Shown here: piece after piece, positions 9,801-19,027 of the stretch | Layout: the number at the start of each line of letters is the position of its first letter | Numbering within the stretch: the first letter of the stretch is position 1 | NCBI GenBank assembly: GCA_963668175.1 | Contig: OY764159.1 | Span: forward strand, 1,056,001 to 1,120,000 | Direction of reading: 5' to 3' | Length of the DNA stretch: 64,000 nt | Source: Syntrophales bacterium | GTDB taxonomy: Bacteria > Desulfobacterota > Syntrophia > Syntrophales > PHBD01 | Program-made: the position numbers and the translations under genes | The notes under the pieces: model-generated | The model's input: only the letters and a program-made list of their open reading frames with translations | Database searches by the model: none | Told to the model about the DNA's origin: nothing

Positions 9801-11191
9801 TGGACGACAGGAAACGGCTTCTGGAAACGAACGGGTCCATCAGCAGGGACTGGCAGCCGGGAGAAAAGCGATGGTCCGTATACCTGAACCATATCAGCAA
9901 CTTCACCCCCGGCTTCTATCTGCGGAGCGACATCGCCAAAGTATCCGACAACTGGTATTTTAAGGATTTTTCCGATCATAACTACTATTTGAGCAACTAT
10001 TCCACCAACCCTAACGAAAAATACCGGAAAGTCTCTTTCGTAGCGGACGAGTCCATCAATTCGCTCGATTCAACCGTGCGTCTGGTCAAAGACTGGCAGA
10101 CCTTCAATTTGACCGGATTGGTTAAATATACCGACGATTTTACGAAGCAGTCGAACGACACGACCCTGCAAAAATTCCCGGAAGTAACACTGACGGGCAT
10201 CAGGCAACCCCTGCTGGGATCGCGGGTCTATTACGATATGAGCAGCGTCTACGGTTACTACTACCGTGTCCAGGGGCAGAGAGGGCAGAATTTAGACATC
10301 AAACCGAATCTGTCGCTTCCGTTCAACTTGGGTACGGCCCTTCAGGTCACACCCGTTGTCGGTTGGGAAGGGACGTTCTGGGAAAGGGACGACAGCCAGG
10401 TCGATACGGGAACCCGCCGGGGGACCCGCCAGCTGTTCAATATGGGGGGGACCCTGACGACGGAGATGCAGCGGATCTTCAACGTCGGAGGAGAGACGGT
10501 AGATAAAATCCGGCACAGCATCAAACCGGAAGTGACTTATACCTTCATCCCGAATGTGGATCAGACGGATATCCCCGATTATGTGCCCACGGTGGCCGGG
10601 CAGAATGCGGTCACTTACGCTGTGACGAATACAGTGACGGGCAGGCTCAAGGACAAGGCCGGTAACGCCTCCTATAAGGAGTATGCACGCCTGAAGCTGT
10701 TCCAAACCTTCGATATCAGAGAAGCCAGAAGGGACCCGGGGCCTCTCGACAGCAGCCGGAGACCCTTCAGTGATGTCAATCTTGAACTCGATACGAGCCC
10801 TATTCAGTACGTCACCCTCTCCGCCCGCAATAAATTCAGCGTCAACTCCGGCGCCTGGACCCAGACCAACTACGATCTCACGCTGTCCGATCCGCGCGGC
10901 GATACGGCCACGGTCGGATATCGCTATACCCAGAACCTGTTGCGGGAGGTCAACCTGAGCCTGAAAGGCGTCATCACCAAAAATTGGGAAATGACCTATT
11001 TTATCAGGAGGAACGAGGACATACAGAAGAATACGGAAAATACGATCGGGCTCCAGTACCGTCAGCAGTGCTGGAGCGTGAAGGCGAGCTTTACGGACAA
11101 AGTCTCCTATGATGCCGCGGGGTTAGAGCAACCGGACCGATCCTTCACCATCTTCCTTTCCTTCTACGGGCTGGGTGCAGTCGGTCATTGA
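6821..11191 (+). CDS. lptD: LPS-assembly protein LptD fused to N-terminal TPR array, disordered linker and carboxypeptidase-regulatory (Ig)-like domain
   Basis: From ~9085: OstA-like jellyroll (IEAD..YD...AEG.V), TTCD...PDW, RQSGFLFP, PFYWAI, QQCW, then beta-barrel; TPR repeats ~7350-8000; hydrophobic N-terminal signal. Confidence 0.85.
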   Translation: MTRKPVLRQLGMTILMILAIVPVAFAGGPVRGVQWPAGASAGRDQGRIVACEQLKQILLKDLMADTSVQRTIAAFKLTAPRFIALAAGATRLEVASETCRDGICRLQAKLKDSPTEIGSLVAELSKDERQSSVLESAGAKVQLLLRELEKLKVAASAAKGNLDHNTRYHQAVQELAAIDRLQEGIMLLARGMRGPALESFSLGIQADPKLVQAYKQRGYIHGSFGNCEKALEDFNSAAEFAAADIEVYMGRGAAYACLRDFDKAVSDYGQAAVLGPTNHEAFYQRALALAAGGNLTAAIGDYDRVLALRPTHAMAYLQRAETYDAMGDSRKAVSDYTKAIELNLAFSAVYVKRGAAFFKLREYGKAVKDFDAAVVLNPADLNANGLRKEAYAALGIKETADPEGRPAAEVTSIALAQNIRSRGEVEDSKAERRMAQAIDASAAGMGEKRDTAEIIPVARRDGQDGQAGIKKDAVAVVRESEDSPPAPDNAGREKARQEDIAGPEKDTTAASGTSPPVSEERSAGEIEPPKSALPVTAENAAGMEPGRPLLSESDARKSSSEVPQPERDRILSPTLAAGEASRGISNAAGHPGIQAIALDAREAGPRMQRTALILYARSETGTSYDVQEGAERKSQNETKSDTPAATETPDARHDDMNVPKDTPPVVFEGILQDPYGKPLVGATIEKVDDPSVRAVSEAGGRFSLPGLGAASEFVLKAEMAGYLPLYISSLQYPPGAAATVFTLYPASPAPQTGKVRQPVSIEADRFRYDRDTDTYFAEGHVVISYAEGPGGTLTADEAKLSKANNLAEATGHVVVTSGKDSIYGDRIVMNIDTKEGSVYNGRMFISQNHFYVKGDRIDKTGEATYHIENASATTCDGDNPDWRILGKELDVTVDGYGTIKQSRFLARDFPVIYAPYFVFPAKTTRQSGFLFPYMSYSRDKLGFDVELPFYWAISKNMDATFYQRNMTQRGFKEGMEFRYTFSPDHYGTFYADFLDDRKRLLETNGSISRDWQPGEKRWSVYLNHISNFTPGFYLRSDIAKVSDNWYFKDFSDHNYYLSNYSTNPNEKYRKVSFVADESINSLDSTVRLVKDWQTFNLTGLVKYTDDFTKQSNDTTLQKFPEVTLTGIRQPLLGSRVYYDMSSVYGYYYRVQGQRGQNLDIKPNLSLPFNLGTALQVTPVVGWEGTFWERDDSQVDTGTRRGTRQLFNMGGTLTTEMQRIFNVGGETVDKIRHSIKPEVTYTFIPNVDQTDIPDYVPTVAGQNAVTYAVTNTVTGRLKDKAGNASYKEYARLKLFQTFDIREARRDPGPLDSSRRPFSDVNLELDTSPIQYVTLSARNKFSVNSGAWTQTNYDLTLSDPRGDTATVGYRYTQNLLREVNLSLKGVITKNWEMTYFIRRNEDIQKNTENTIGLQYRQQCWSVKASFTDKVSYDAAGLEQPDRSFTIFLSFYGLGAVGH

Positions 11192-11210
11192 AAAAAAATG
11201 TCATTTTCCC

Positions 11211-11239
11211 TTGACAAAAAAATGAAAATTGCGTACTTT
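11211..11239 (+). promoter_or_regulatory. Promoter of rplM-rpsI
   Basis: TTGACA-17 nt-TACTTT. Confidence 0.6.
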
Positions 11240-11273
11240 CCGCCTTCTAATTTAACGTGACTGGTGAATGGTT

Positions 11274-11702
11274 ATGAAAACATACATAGCAAAGAAAGAG
11301 AACGTAACCAGGGACTGGTTTGTCGTCGATGCCGAAGGCAAGGTGCTGGGAAGACTGGCCAGTGAGATTGCCCGGCGGCTCCGGGGCAAGCATAAGCCTG
11401 TTTACACGCCGCATGCCGACGCCGGTGATTTCGTCATCGTCCTTAACGCCGGTAAATTGGTCTTGACGGGCAACAAGCTTACGGACAAGAAGTACTATCA
11501 CCACTCGGGCTATCCGGGCGGGATCAAGGAAACGACCGCCGGCAAGCTCCTTGAGGAGAGGCCGGAAGAGGTTTTGCGCCGCGCCGTCCGTGGCATGCTG
11601 CCGAAAAACACCCTTGGTCGTAAGATGTTGACTAAACTGAAGATTTATTCGGACAGCGCGCACAACCATGAAGCACAGTGTCCGAAAACGCTCGAAATAT
11701 AA
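11274..11702 (+). CDS. rplM: 50S ribosomal protein L13
   Basis: MKTY...[16 protein letters not shown]...GKHKP.YTPH; start may be 11268. Confidence 0.98.
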   Translation: MKTYIAKKENVTRDWFVVDAEGKVLGRLASEIARRLRGKHKPVYTPHADAGDFVIVLNAGKLVLTGNKLTDKKYYHHSGYPGGIKETTAGKLLEERPEEVLRRAVRGMLPKNTLGRKMLTKLKIYSDSAHNHEAQCPKTLEI

Positions 11703-11725
11703 GATCTGGATCTGGAGAGAATGTT

Positions 11726-12118
11726 ATGGCGGAAAAACGGGTTTATGCAACAGGCAAGAGAAAAGCCGCTGTGGCTCGCGTCTATATGAAGGAAGGCAGT
11801 GGTGTCATTACCGTTAACAAGCGGAATTTCGACGATTATTTCACCCGGGACAGCCTGAAGATGCTTATTAAGCAACCATTCGACATCACGGGGAAAAAGG
11901 ATCAGTTTGATCTGTTTGTCAATGTTTGCGGCGGCGGTATTTCCGGGCAGGCGGGGGCCATCAAGCACGGTATTTCCAAGGCGCTCGTCGAGTACGACCT
12001 GGAGCTTCGGCAACTCCTCAAAAGGGCGGGGTTCCTGAGCAGGGATTCACGCATCAAGGAGCGGAAAAAGTACGGTCAACCAGGCCCCAGGAAACGATTC
12101 CAGTTTTCCAAGAGATAA
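11726..12118 (+). CDS. rpsI: 30S ribosomal protein S9
   Basis: [31 protein letters not shown]...RKRFQFSKR. Confidence 0.98.
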   Translation: MAEKRVYATGKRKAAVARVYMKEGSGVITVNKRNFDDYFTRDSLKMLIKQPFDITGKKDQFDLFVNVCGGGISGQAGAIKHGISKALVEYDLELRQLLKRAGFLSRDSRIKERKKYGQPGPRKRFQFSKR

Positions 12119-12127
12119 AATGTCCAT

Positions 12128-12154
12128 GGGGAGCGTTTCGGCTCCCCTTTTTTT
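12128..12154 (+). terminator. Intrinsic terminator after rpsI
   Basis: GGGGAGC-GTTTCG-GCTCCCC-T7. Confidence 0.8.
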
Positions 12155-12164
12155 AGGTGTAAAA

Positions 12165-13205
12165 ATGATCAAAATCGGCATTTATGGCGCGAGTGGATAC
12201 ACAGGGCAGGAACTGGTTCGGCTTCTCATTCAGCATCCCGAGGCGAAGATTACGGCCATTACCTCCCGCAGGTATAAAGGGACCCCTCTCGCCGATCTCT
12301 ATCCCGTCTTTACCGGATTGACCGATCTGGCATTCATCGATGCCTCGCCCGAAGATGTCGCCAAGGATGCCGACGTTATCTTCCTGGCGCTTCCCCACGG
12401 GGTATCCATGGAGGCGGTTCCGAAATTCCTTGCGTCGGGCAAGAAAGTCATTGATTTGAGCGCCGACTTTCGACTGAACGACGCCGGCACCTATGAGAAA
12501 TGGTACGGGAAACACACCGCATCTCAAGTCTTAAGCGAGGCCGTCTACGGTATCCCCGAACTGTTCCGGGAAAAGATCGGCCAGTCGTCTTTTGTCGCCA
12601 ATCCCGGATGCTATCCGACGAGTATTATTCTGGGGCTGGCTCCTGTTTTGAAAAACGGGTGCATCGACGTCAAGTCGATCATCGTCGACTCCAAGTCGGG
12701 AGTCAGCGGAGCCGGGCGCGAACCGGCGGTCGGCTCTCTGTTCTGTGAAGTCAGCGACGGTTTCAAGGCCTATAAGGTGGGCGGACAGCATCGCCATACG
12801 CCGGAAATCGAGCAGGGATTGAGCCATTTTGCGGGACAAGAGGTTACCATGACCTTTACGCCTCATCTCATCCCGGCAAGCAGGGGCATCCTGAGTACGA
12901 TCTACGCCACATTGACGAAGGATACGGGAGCGCGGGATCTCGAAAAAATGTACCGGGAATTCTATGCGGGCGAGCCGTTCGTCCGTATATACAAGACAGG
13001 CGCTTTTCCCAACATCTCTTCGGTGAAAGGCTCCAATTTCTGCGATATCGGCATGACCGTCGATAAGCGGACCAACCGCCTGATCGTTGTGTCCGCCATC
13101 GATAATCTCATCAAAGGCGCTTCGGGGCAGGCCATCCAGAACATGAACCTCATGTGCGGCCTGGAGGAAGCGGCCGGCTTGAAAATCATGCCCGTTTTCC
13201 CCTGA
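12165..13205 (+). CDS. argC: N-acetyl-gamma-glutamyl-phosphate reductase
   Basis: GASGYTG, ALPHG, DLSADFR, ANPGCYPT, HRHTPEI, DNLIKGASGQA. Confidence 0.97.
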   Translation: MIKIGIYGASGYTGQELVRLLIQHPEAKITAITSRRYKGTPLADLYPVFTGLTDLAFIDASPEDVAKDADVIFLALPHGVSMEAVPKFLASGKKVIDLSADFRLNDAGTYEKWYGKHTASQVLSEAVYGIPELFREKIGQSSFVANPGCYPTSIILGLAPVLKNGCIDVKSIIVDSKSGVSGAGREPAVGSLFCEVSDGFKAYKVGGQHRHTPEIEQGLSHFAGQEVTMTFTPHLIPASRGILSTIYATLTKDTGARDLEKMYREFYAGEPFVRIYKTGAFPNISSVKGSNFCDIGMTVDKRTNRLIVVSAIDNLIKGASGQAIQNMNLMCGLEEAAGLKIMPVFP

Positions 13206-13365
13206 CCGGCCGGTTCGCGGCAAAGCCCGGTGTCGCTTTTTCACTGATCCATCACGATTACGTCGATTTCATGCAGGCAAACAGAGGGACGGATACGGCG
13301 GATAGGTTTGCCTTGTTAAGAACAGGCAGTCTGTTGCGTTGTGACTCAGGATCGAGGGGTTGGGT

Positions 13366-14055
13366 TTATTCTTCCGCGGCGGCGCATTCGCCGTGCAAGG
13401 CCTTTTCCAAGCCGGTGACGTAGTCGCGGATTCTCGTCTTGACGTCGTCATCCACATCCTGAAACTTCATGCCTAAGGAGATGATCTTGCCGTTGCGTTC
13501 TATATTTCTCGGCAGCCCGTATATCTTCAACTCTTTTTCCAGGCCGGGCATGAGCAGGTTTAACAGAACGTTCCCCGTGATATCGTCGGGGAATGTCTCC
13601 GCTCCCACTCCACTGGTGGAAAATCTGCACCCCAATTCACTCAAGTCGATGACGATTCCCGGATAGTCTTTTTCATTGATCGCCATCCTGGCCGGCAGGA
13701 AACATTCCAGTCTCCGGCTGTTTCTCAGGTTGTGGCTCGCCATATTGTCCGGATAAGAAACGAACATCAATTTCTCCGGACTGGCCACGGCCTCGATGAG
13801 ATGGGCCTGAAATCCGTAAACGGTACCGCATGCGAGGAAACGTATGACCATTTTCTGCCCGGCAAACGTGTTGGTCCGGATGGAAAAGATATGGCTGGAT
13901 ACAGGGGTCTTGAATATCAGAAAATCGTTTTGCACGGCCCCCACAAAGATGCTGTTGAATCTGTGTTCTATGCTGTCGATCTCTATTTGGACGGGTGTTC
14001 CGACAGATATGGGCAACTTTTCTGCGAGGATGTTTTTGGAGTTGGCAGCTTCCAT
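13366..14055 (-). CDS. PilZ-domain c-di-GMP effector (flagellar-brake-like architecture)
   Basis: RNSRR (RxxxR) and DLSELG (DxSxxG) motifs in the C-terminal half; YcgR-like N-terminal barrel. Confidence 0.85.
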   Translation of the reverse strand: MEAANSKNILAEKLPISVGTPVQIEIDSIEHRFNSIFVGAVQNDFLIFKTPVSSHIFSIRTNTFAGQKMVIRFLACGTVYGFQAHLIEAVASPEKLMFVSYPDNMASHNLRNSRRLECFLPARMAINEKDYPGIVIDLSELGCRFSTSGVGAETFPDDITGNVLLNLLMPGLEKELKIYGLPRNIERNGKIISLGMKFQDVDDDVKTRIRDYVTGLEKALHGECAAAEE

Positions 14056-14560
14056 CTACGACCTTCTGCGCGATAAGGAATACTACCAGGACGTATAGTT
14101 GAGGGCGTTGTAGAAGTCAAGATATAGATAGAAAGTCCGGCCAAAACCCCGCCCGCAGAACGGTCAGGTCTTGCCGGTTCCCAGAGTGGGCAAATGCGTT
14201 GTAAAATCAAAATCTTTTAATGCACTCTTCGGTTTATGAGACAATTGCAGGACCTTGATGCCGCCTGTTCGAAAACGCCATGAACGGATTTGCCGCACCG
14301 TCCTTCGGTGTATTGCCAAACAGGAATATGTGAATAAATTAATATAAGTGGTCTGGAGGATCATCCTCATGCGGGCAGGCATCGCGGGCGATCCTTGTCC
14401 GGGAAGGGTACGCTGCGGAGAATAAGTATTTTCTCCCGGCACCTCTTCTGTTATAGGTTAAACGTACCGGTGTTCGGGAGACCGAGGCCGTTGATCATGT
14501 TCGTGGAAAATGTCCGGCGTCGATGATTGGCAACTAAGGTATCCGGGGAAGAATTTTACG

Positions 14561-15067
14561 ATGGACGAGGAAGTAACCAGGATCAGGATAGGCGGTAAGC
14601 TTGTAGGCATTTCAGGACTGGACGCAGCCATAAGAGAGACGGCGGAAAAGTTCGGCGACAAGTCCGATGATAAGATCAAAGAGGTCCTGTTCGAGCGTCT
14701 GGCAAACCGGAATTATATTCCCCCGCGGACAGCGGATGCGTACAACAGGGCATTCTGGGACGCATACCGTATATATCGGGGTGAGCTTACGGAAGAAGGC
14801 GCGGTAGACGGGATTCGTGTCGCCGTACTGGGGCCGGGCTGCGCCCAGTGCAGTCAACTGGAGATCGACGTGCGCGAGGTCATGGCGGAAATGCGTCTGG
14901 CCGGCGAGCTCCTGCATGTCACGGACTTTCGTGAGATTGCCCGGTACGGGGTCATGGGGGTTCCGGCCCTCGTGATCAACGAGAAAGTCTATGCAACCGG
15001 AACGACGCCGCATCGTGCCGAGATTAGGGCATGGTTAAGCGCGGTCCGGGCTAATTACGGAAAATAA
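14561..15067 (+). CDS. Thioredoxin-family (small redox-active disulfide type) protein with extra N-terminal helical domain
   Basis: VLGPGCAQC...YGVMGVPALVINEK; start placed at ATG 14561. Confidence 0.8.
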   Translation: MDEEVTRIRIGGKLVGISGLDAAIRETAEKFGDKSDDKIKEVLFERLANRNYIPPRTADAYNRAFWDAYRIYRGELTEEGAVDGIRVAVLGPGCAQCSQLEIDVREVMAEMRLAGELLHVTDFREIARYGVMGVPALVINEKVYATGTTPHRAEIRAWLSAVRANYGK

Positions 15068-15135
15068 TGAGGATGTCCCGGAAATGATGCAGCCTGTTCG
15101 TTTCACCGGGCCGTAGGATAAGGGTTTATCACAAC

Positions 15136-16080
15136 ATGGAGCACAGTCACAATCACCACCACCATCATCACCATCCGGGCAATTCGTGGGATAAACGCCT
15201 GATGGGAACCATGGTGCTCAATCTGATTATTCCGGCGGTTCAGATATACGGCGGCATTGTCTCGGGCAGCATGGCGCTGATCAGCGACGCCCTGCACAAC
15301 CTAAGCGACTTCACGTCGGTCGCCATCAGTTATACGGCCTTACGCCTTGGACGGCACAAGCCGACCGTGCAGCAGACGTTCGGCTACAAACGCGTCGAAG
15401 TGTTTGCCGCGCTGCTCAATGTGGCGCTGCTCTATGGTGTCGGTTTCTTTATCGCCCTGGAAAACTGGCAGCGCATTCATCATCCCCGCCCCATCGACGG
15501 CCATATCGTCATTATCATGGCCGCTTTCGCTTTTCTGGCCAACATGCTGTCGACCTTGATGCTCCGTTCCGGGGCCAAGGAGAATATGAATATCCGATCG
15601 GCCTTTCTGCATATGCTGACCGATACCCTGATGTCGCTGATTGTCGCGATATTGGGAATCATCTGGCTTTACAAGCCCTGGTACTGGCTCGATCCCGTCG
15701 CTTCATGGCTTATCGTGGCGTTGATTATCTACAGCGGTTGGGGTATTCTGAAAAGCACCCTTCTGATTCTTATGAATGCAACCCCGGAGCACATCGATAT
15801 CGAGGATATCAGGCGGTCCGTGGAAGGAATCGACGGGGTGGAAGAAATCCACCATCTCCACGTCTGGAATGTTTCGGCGGAGAGCGTGGCCCTGGCGGCC
15901 CATGTCATCGTTCCGGACCAGATGCTGAGCAACATCGACAGCCTGTCGGAGACGATACGGCGCCTTCTGCACGAGAAATTCCGGATCGATCACCCCATCC
16001 TGCAATTTGAGACGCGAAGGCACGACGACACGAGTCTCTTGTGCCGTATGGAAGCCGGCGGTACGATGGATTGCCGCTGA
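15136..16080 (+). CDS. Cation diffusion facilitator (CzcD/ZitB-like) metal efflux transporter
   Basis: His-rich N-terminus, SDALHNLSD, TFGYKR.E, AFLHMLTD, HHLHVW. Confidence 0.92.
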   Translation: MEHSHNHHHHHHHPGNSWDKRLMGTMVLNLIIPAVQIYGGIVSGSMALISDALHNLSDFTSVAISYTALRLGRHKPTVQQTFGYKRVEVFAALLNVALLYGVGFFIALENWQRIHHPRPIDGHIVIIMAAFAFLANMLSTLMLRSGAKENMNIRSAFLHMLTDTLMSLIVAILGIIWLYKPWYWLDPVASWLIVALIIYSGWGILKSTLLILMNATPEHIDIEDIRRSVEGIDGVEEIHHLHVWNVSAESVALAAHVIVPDQMLSNIDSLSETIRRLLHEKFRIDHPILQFETRRHDDTSLLCRMEAGGTMDCR

Positions 16081-16143
16081 ATGTTTCGATGGGTCTGCAG
16101 GCAGGGTTTTGAGAGAATAAATAAAACTGAAACAGGAGAAGAC

Positions 16144-16596
16144 ATGTCCCTTGCCGGAGAATACATAGATGCTTATTGTCCCCGTTGCGAATTGTTGCTG
16201 GCCCATATCGTCCTTTTTGAAGTGGGGGGGACCGTTTCCCGGGTGAAATGCCGGACCTGCGGAACGGAGCATAAATACCGGGGCCAGAAACCCGAGCGGA
16301 AACGAACCTTGTCCGGCCCCGGAAGCCGAGGAACCGGAAAGTCACGGGAGGCGGCCGCACAGAAAGCCGGCCATCCTGTAGATATGGAACGATGGGAGTC
16401 GAGCCGCAATCAGATGGGGCCCGATACGGAGGTAACGAAGTATCGGATGTCGGAACGGTATGCCAAGGGGGATGTGATCGATCATGATGCCTTCGGTCTG
16501 GGTTTCGTCGAGAAGATCATTTCCGATAACCGGCTCGACATCCTTTTCAGAGACGGGGTAAGGCGGATGGCGATGAATATGAAAGCGCCGGAGTGA
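16144..16596 (+). CDS. Hypothetical protein: N-terminal Zn-ribbon plus C-terminal PcrA/UvrD-type Tudor-like domain
   Basis: CPRC...CRTC pairs; GDVIDHDAFGLGFV...ILF.DG; AGGAGA SD before ATG 16144. Confidence 0.7.
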   Translation: MSLAGEYIDAYCPRCELLLAHIVLFEVGGTVSRVKCRTCGTEHKYRGQKPERKRTLSGPGSRGTGKSREAAAQKAGHPVDMERWESSRNQMGPDTEVTKYRMSERYAKGDVIDHDAFGLGFVEKIISDNRLDILFRDGVRRMAMNMKAPE

Positions 16597-16723
16597 CGGC
16601 TCTCCCGGGAGAGTTCGCGGGGAATTGTTCGTGAGGCCGTGTTTGAGGAGCAGGCGCTTTCACAACTGCCGCCGTTGCGTCGGCCCTTCTTTCGATGAAG
16701 GGCAATGGCCGCCGCAGGTCGAC

Positions 16724-18670
16724 TCAGGCCGATCCCGTATCGAGAATTTCCCGAACCTTCGCCGAGAGTTGCTCGATTTCGAAGGGCTTCTGGATGAATC
16801 CGTTGCACCCCCGCTCCAGAATTTTCGCTGCTTCGCCGGTTACGCTGTAACCGCTCGATAGCAGGACCTTGATTGCCGGGTTGATCAGCTTGGCCTGATC
16901 GTAGACGTCTCCGCCGCTCATACCCGGCATGATCATGTCCAGTATGATCAGATCGATTTCGTCTTTCTTGCTTTTGAAGATGCTCAAGGCGTCTACGCCG
17001 TTTCTCGCCACGTAGGTCTTGTAGCCGAGGGTCACGAGGATATTGCTTGTTACCAGGATATTCGTCTCTTCGTCGTCGACCAGGAGGATCGTCTCTTCCC
17101 CCCGGTGCAGTTTCTGCTGGGGTTTCTGCTCCAGTTCGAGTTCCTGGTGCGCCGATGCGGGGAGGAAGACGTTGAAGGTGGCTCCGTGTCCCTTTTCGCT
17201 GTATACCGTAATCATACCCTCGTGATTCTTGATGATCCCGTAAGCGGATGCCAGGCCTAAACCGGTGCCCCGTCCCATTTCCTTGGTGGTGAAAAAAGGA
17301 TCGAATATCCTCTGAATGGTGGCTTTATCCATGCCGATACCGGTATCCGTGATGCTGATCTTAACGTATTTCCCCGGCTTCAGGTCATGAAGAGCGGCAT
17401 AGTCGGTGCTGAGCGATAAATTTTCCGTCGTTATGAATAGCTTTCCTCCGCCGGGCATGGCCTGCCATGCGTTGACAAAGAGGTTCAAGAGAACCTGCTC
17501 GATCTGGCTTTGATCGACATCGACGATCCAGATTTTTTCCGCCATATTCGTGAAGATGGAAAGCTCTTTCTTGGTCCGTCCGAACATTTGCGAACTTTTC
17601 CTGACCAGCTCGTTGAGGTCCGTCGGTTTGGCCTGGTATTTACCGCCCCGGGCAAATCCCAGAAGCTGTTTGGTCAGGTCGGCCCCGCTGCGCACCAGGT
17701 CCTGGACCGTCTTGAGCTTCTCGTAAAACGGATGGCTCGGCTCAAGACTGAGCAGGACCAGAGAGGCATTGCCCTGGATACCCATGAGCAAATTGTTGAA
17801 GTCGTGGGCGATACCTCCGGCCAGGGTGCCCATCGCCTCCATCTTTTCCACCTGCTTGAGACGAAATTCGAGCTCTTCCCGCTTCTCTTCCGCCCTTTTC
17901 CGCTCTTCTATCTCCTGGCGAAGGTCCAGATTCGTTTTCAACAGCTGCGAAGTGCGCTCCTGAATGATGATCTCCAGCTTTTGATTGACATCCCTGATGA
18001 TGGCCTTCTCCTTTTCCAGGTGCATGGCCAGGAAGAAATCGCGGCGCGCGTAGTATTCGATGGAATAACAGGCAAACATGCCGATAATATTGGCACTGAT
18101 GAAGAAGAAATTGTTGCCGATCAGGATCGACACCGGCGTCTCCGTGACACTGATGGCGATGATTTCATAAAAGGCGACGATAATCCAGCCTGCGGCCGTG
18201 GCCCATATAAACCTCATCCTGCCGAAGGTATAACCCCAAATGAAGACGAGGATCAGGCCCGCATAGTAGGAATGGCTGATCGGCGGCGGAAGGATGGCAA
18301 TCATGGCGATAATCCCCCCTCCGGCAACAATCAGGGCCAGGGCACTGGCCTGCTGGCTGTATTTCTTGAAAATGTTCGTGAAGGAAAGGCCGATGACGAT
18401 GATAAGCACAGGCCAAACGATGATAAAGCGGATAAAGAAGAGTTTTTCCTTTAAGGCCGGTGCGAGTTGCGCATCCAGAATGCTGAAAAAACCATAGAGG
18501 AACATCGCCGACAGCAGGGACAATCGGATCATGGGAAGCGCCGTCATGAAAAAATCTTCAAGAAATCGTTTTTCGAGATCGCCGGGGAAGGCCAGTGTCA
18601 GTGGATTGAGCTCCATTTCGTGCGGACCGGTGGCATCGGCCGGCAAGATGAAGTCCTTCGCTTCTTTCAT
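16724..18670 (-). CDS. Membrane hybrid sensor histidine kinase / response regulator
   Basis: ~6 TM segments, H-box GGIAHDFNN, NLFVNA, DTGIGM, FDPFFTTK, GTGLGL, receiver VDDE...LDMIMP...KP; start placed at ATG 18670. Confidence 0.93.
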   Translation of the reverse strand: MKEAKDFILPADATGPHEMELNPLTLAFPGDLEKRFLEDFFMTALPMIRLSLLSAMFLYGFFSILDAQLAPALKEKLFFIRFIIVWPVLIIVIGLSFTNIFKKYSQQASALALIVAGGGIIAMIAILPPPISHSYYAGLILVFIWGYTFGRMRFIWATAAGWIIVAFYEIIAISVTETPVSILIGNNFFFISANIIGMFACYSIEYYARRDFFLAMHLEKEKAIIRDVNQKLEIIIQERTSQLLKTNLDLRQEIEERKRAEEKREELEFRLKQVEKMEAMGTLAGGIAHDFNNLLMGIQGNASLVLLSLEPSHPFYEKLKTVQDLVRSGADLTKQLLGFARGGKYQAKPTDLNELVRKSSQMFGRTKKELSIFTNMAEKIWIVDVDQSQIEQVLLNLFVNAWQAMPGGGKLFITTENLSLSTDYAALHDLKPGKYVKISITDTGIGMDKATIQRIFDPFFTTKEMGRGTGLGLASAYGIIKNHEGMITVYSEKGHGATFNVFLPASAHQELELEQKPQQKLHRGEETILLVDDEETNILVTSNILVTLGYKTYVARNGVDALSIFKSKKDEIDLIILDMIMPGMSGGDVYDQAKLINPAIKVLLSSGYSVTGEAAKILERGCNGFIQKPFEIEQLSAKVREILDTGSA

Positions 18671-19027
18671 ATATTTTCCCTCAGTTCCTTCCCGGCAGGT
18701 GCTTCCGCACCCGCGCATCGTCCCCCTGCTTCGATATCGACGCATCCATGTTCAAGTACGACAGTAAATAAACTCGAATCCCTGAAATATCAAGATTTTT
18801 TTGACTAATAAGCGTTGTGGACGGGAAAGAATCGGCAAGAGAACAAGTGACTTTCGTCTTGATGAGGTTTGGCGCCGTATAGACAATGGTCCCATTTTTC
18901 CTGTATTCCGGTTTGCGAATATGGTAAAATATCCTTTAAATGCTCCTTTCCAGCCGTTATGACTTTATTGCCTCGAAGGGTGACACGTGAGGATCAGGTA
19001 TCATCAAATCATGGAGGTGAATAGAAG

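Noticed and set aside
13270..13320. GGCAAAC...GTTTGCC stem near the PilZ gene resembling a c-di-GMP-I riboswitch
   Set aside because: Lacks the GAAA tetraloop and GCAAAGC elements, and lies between convergent 3' ends
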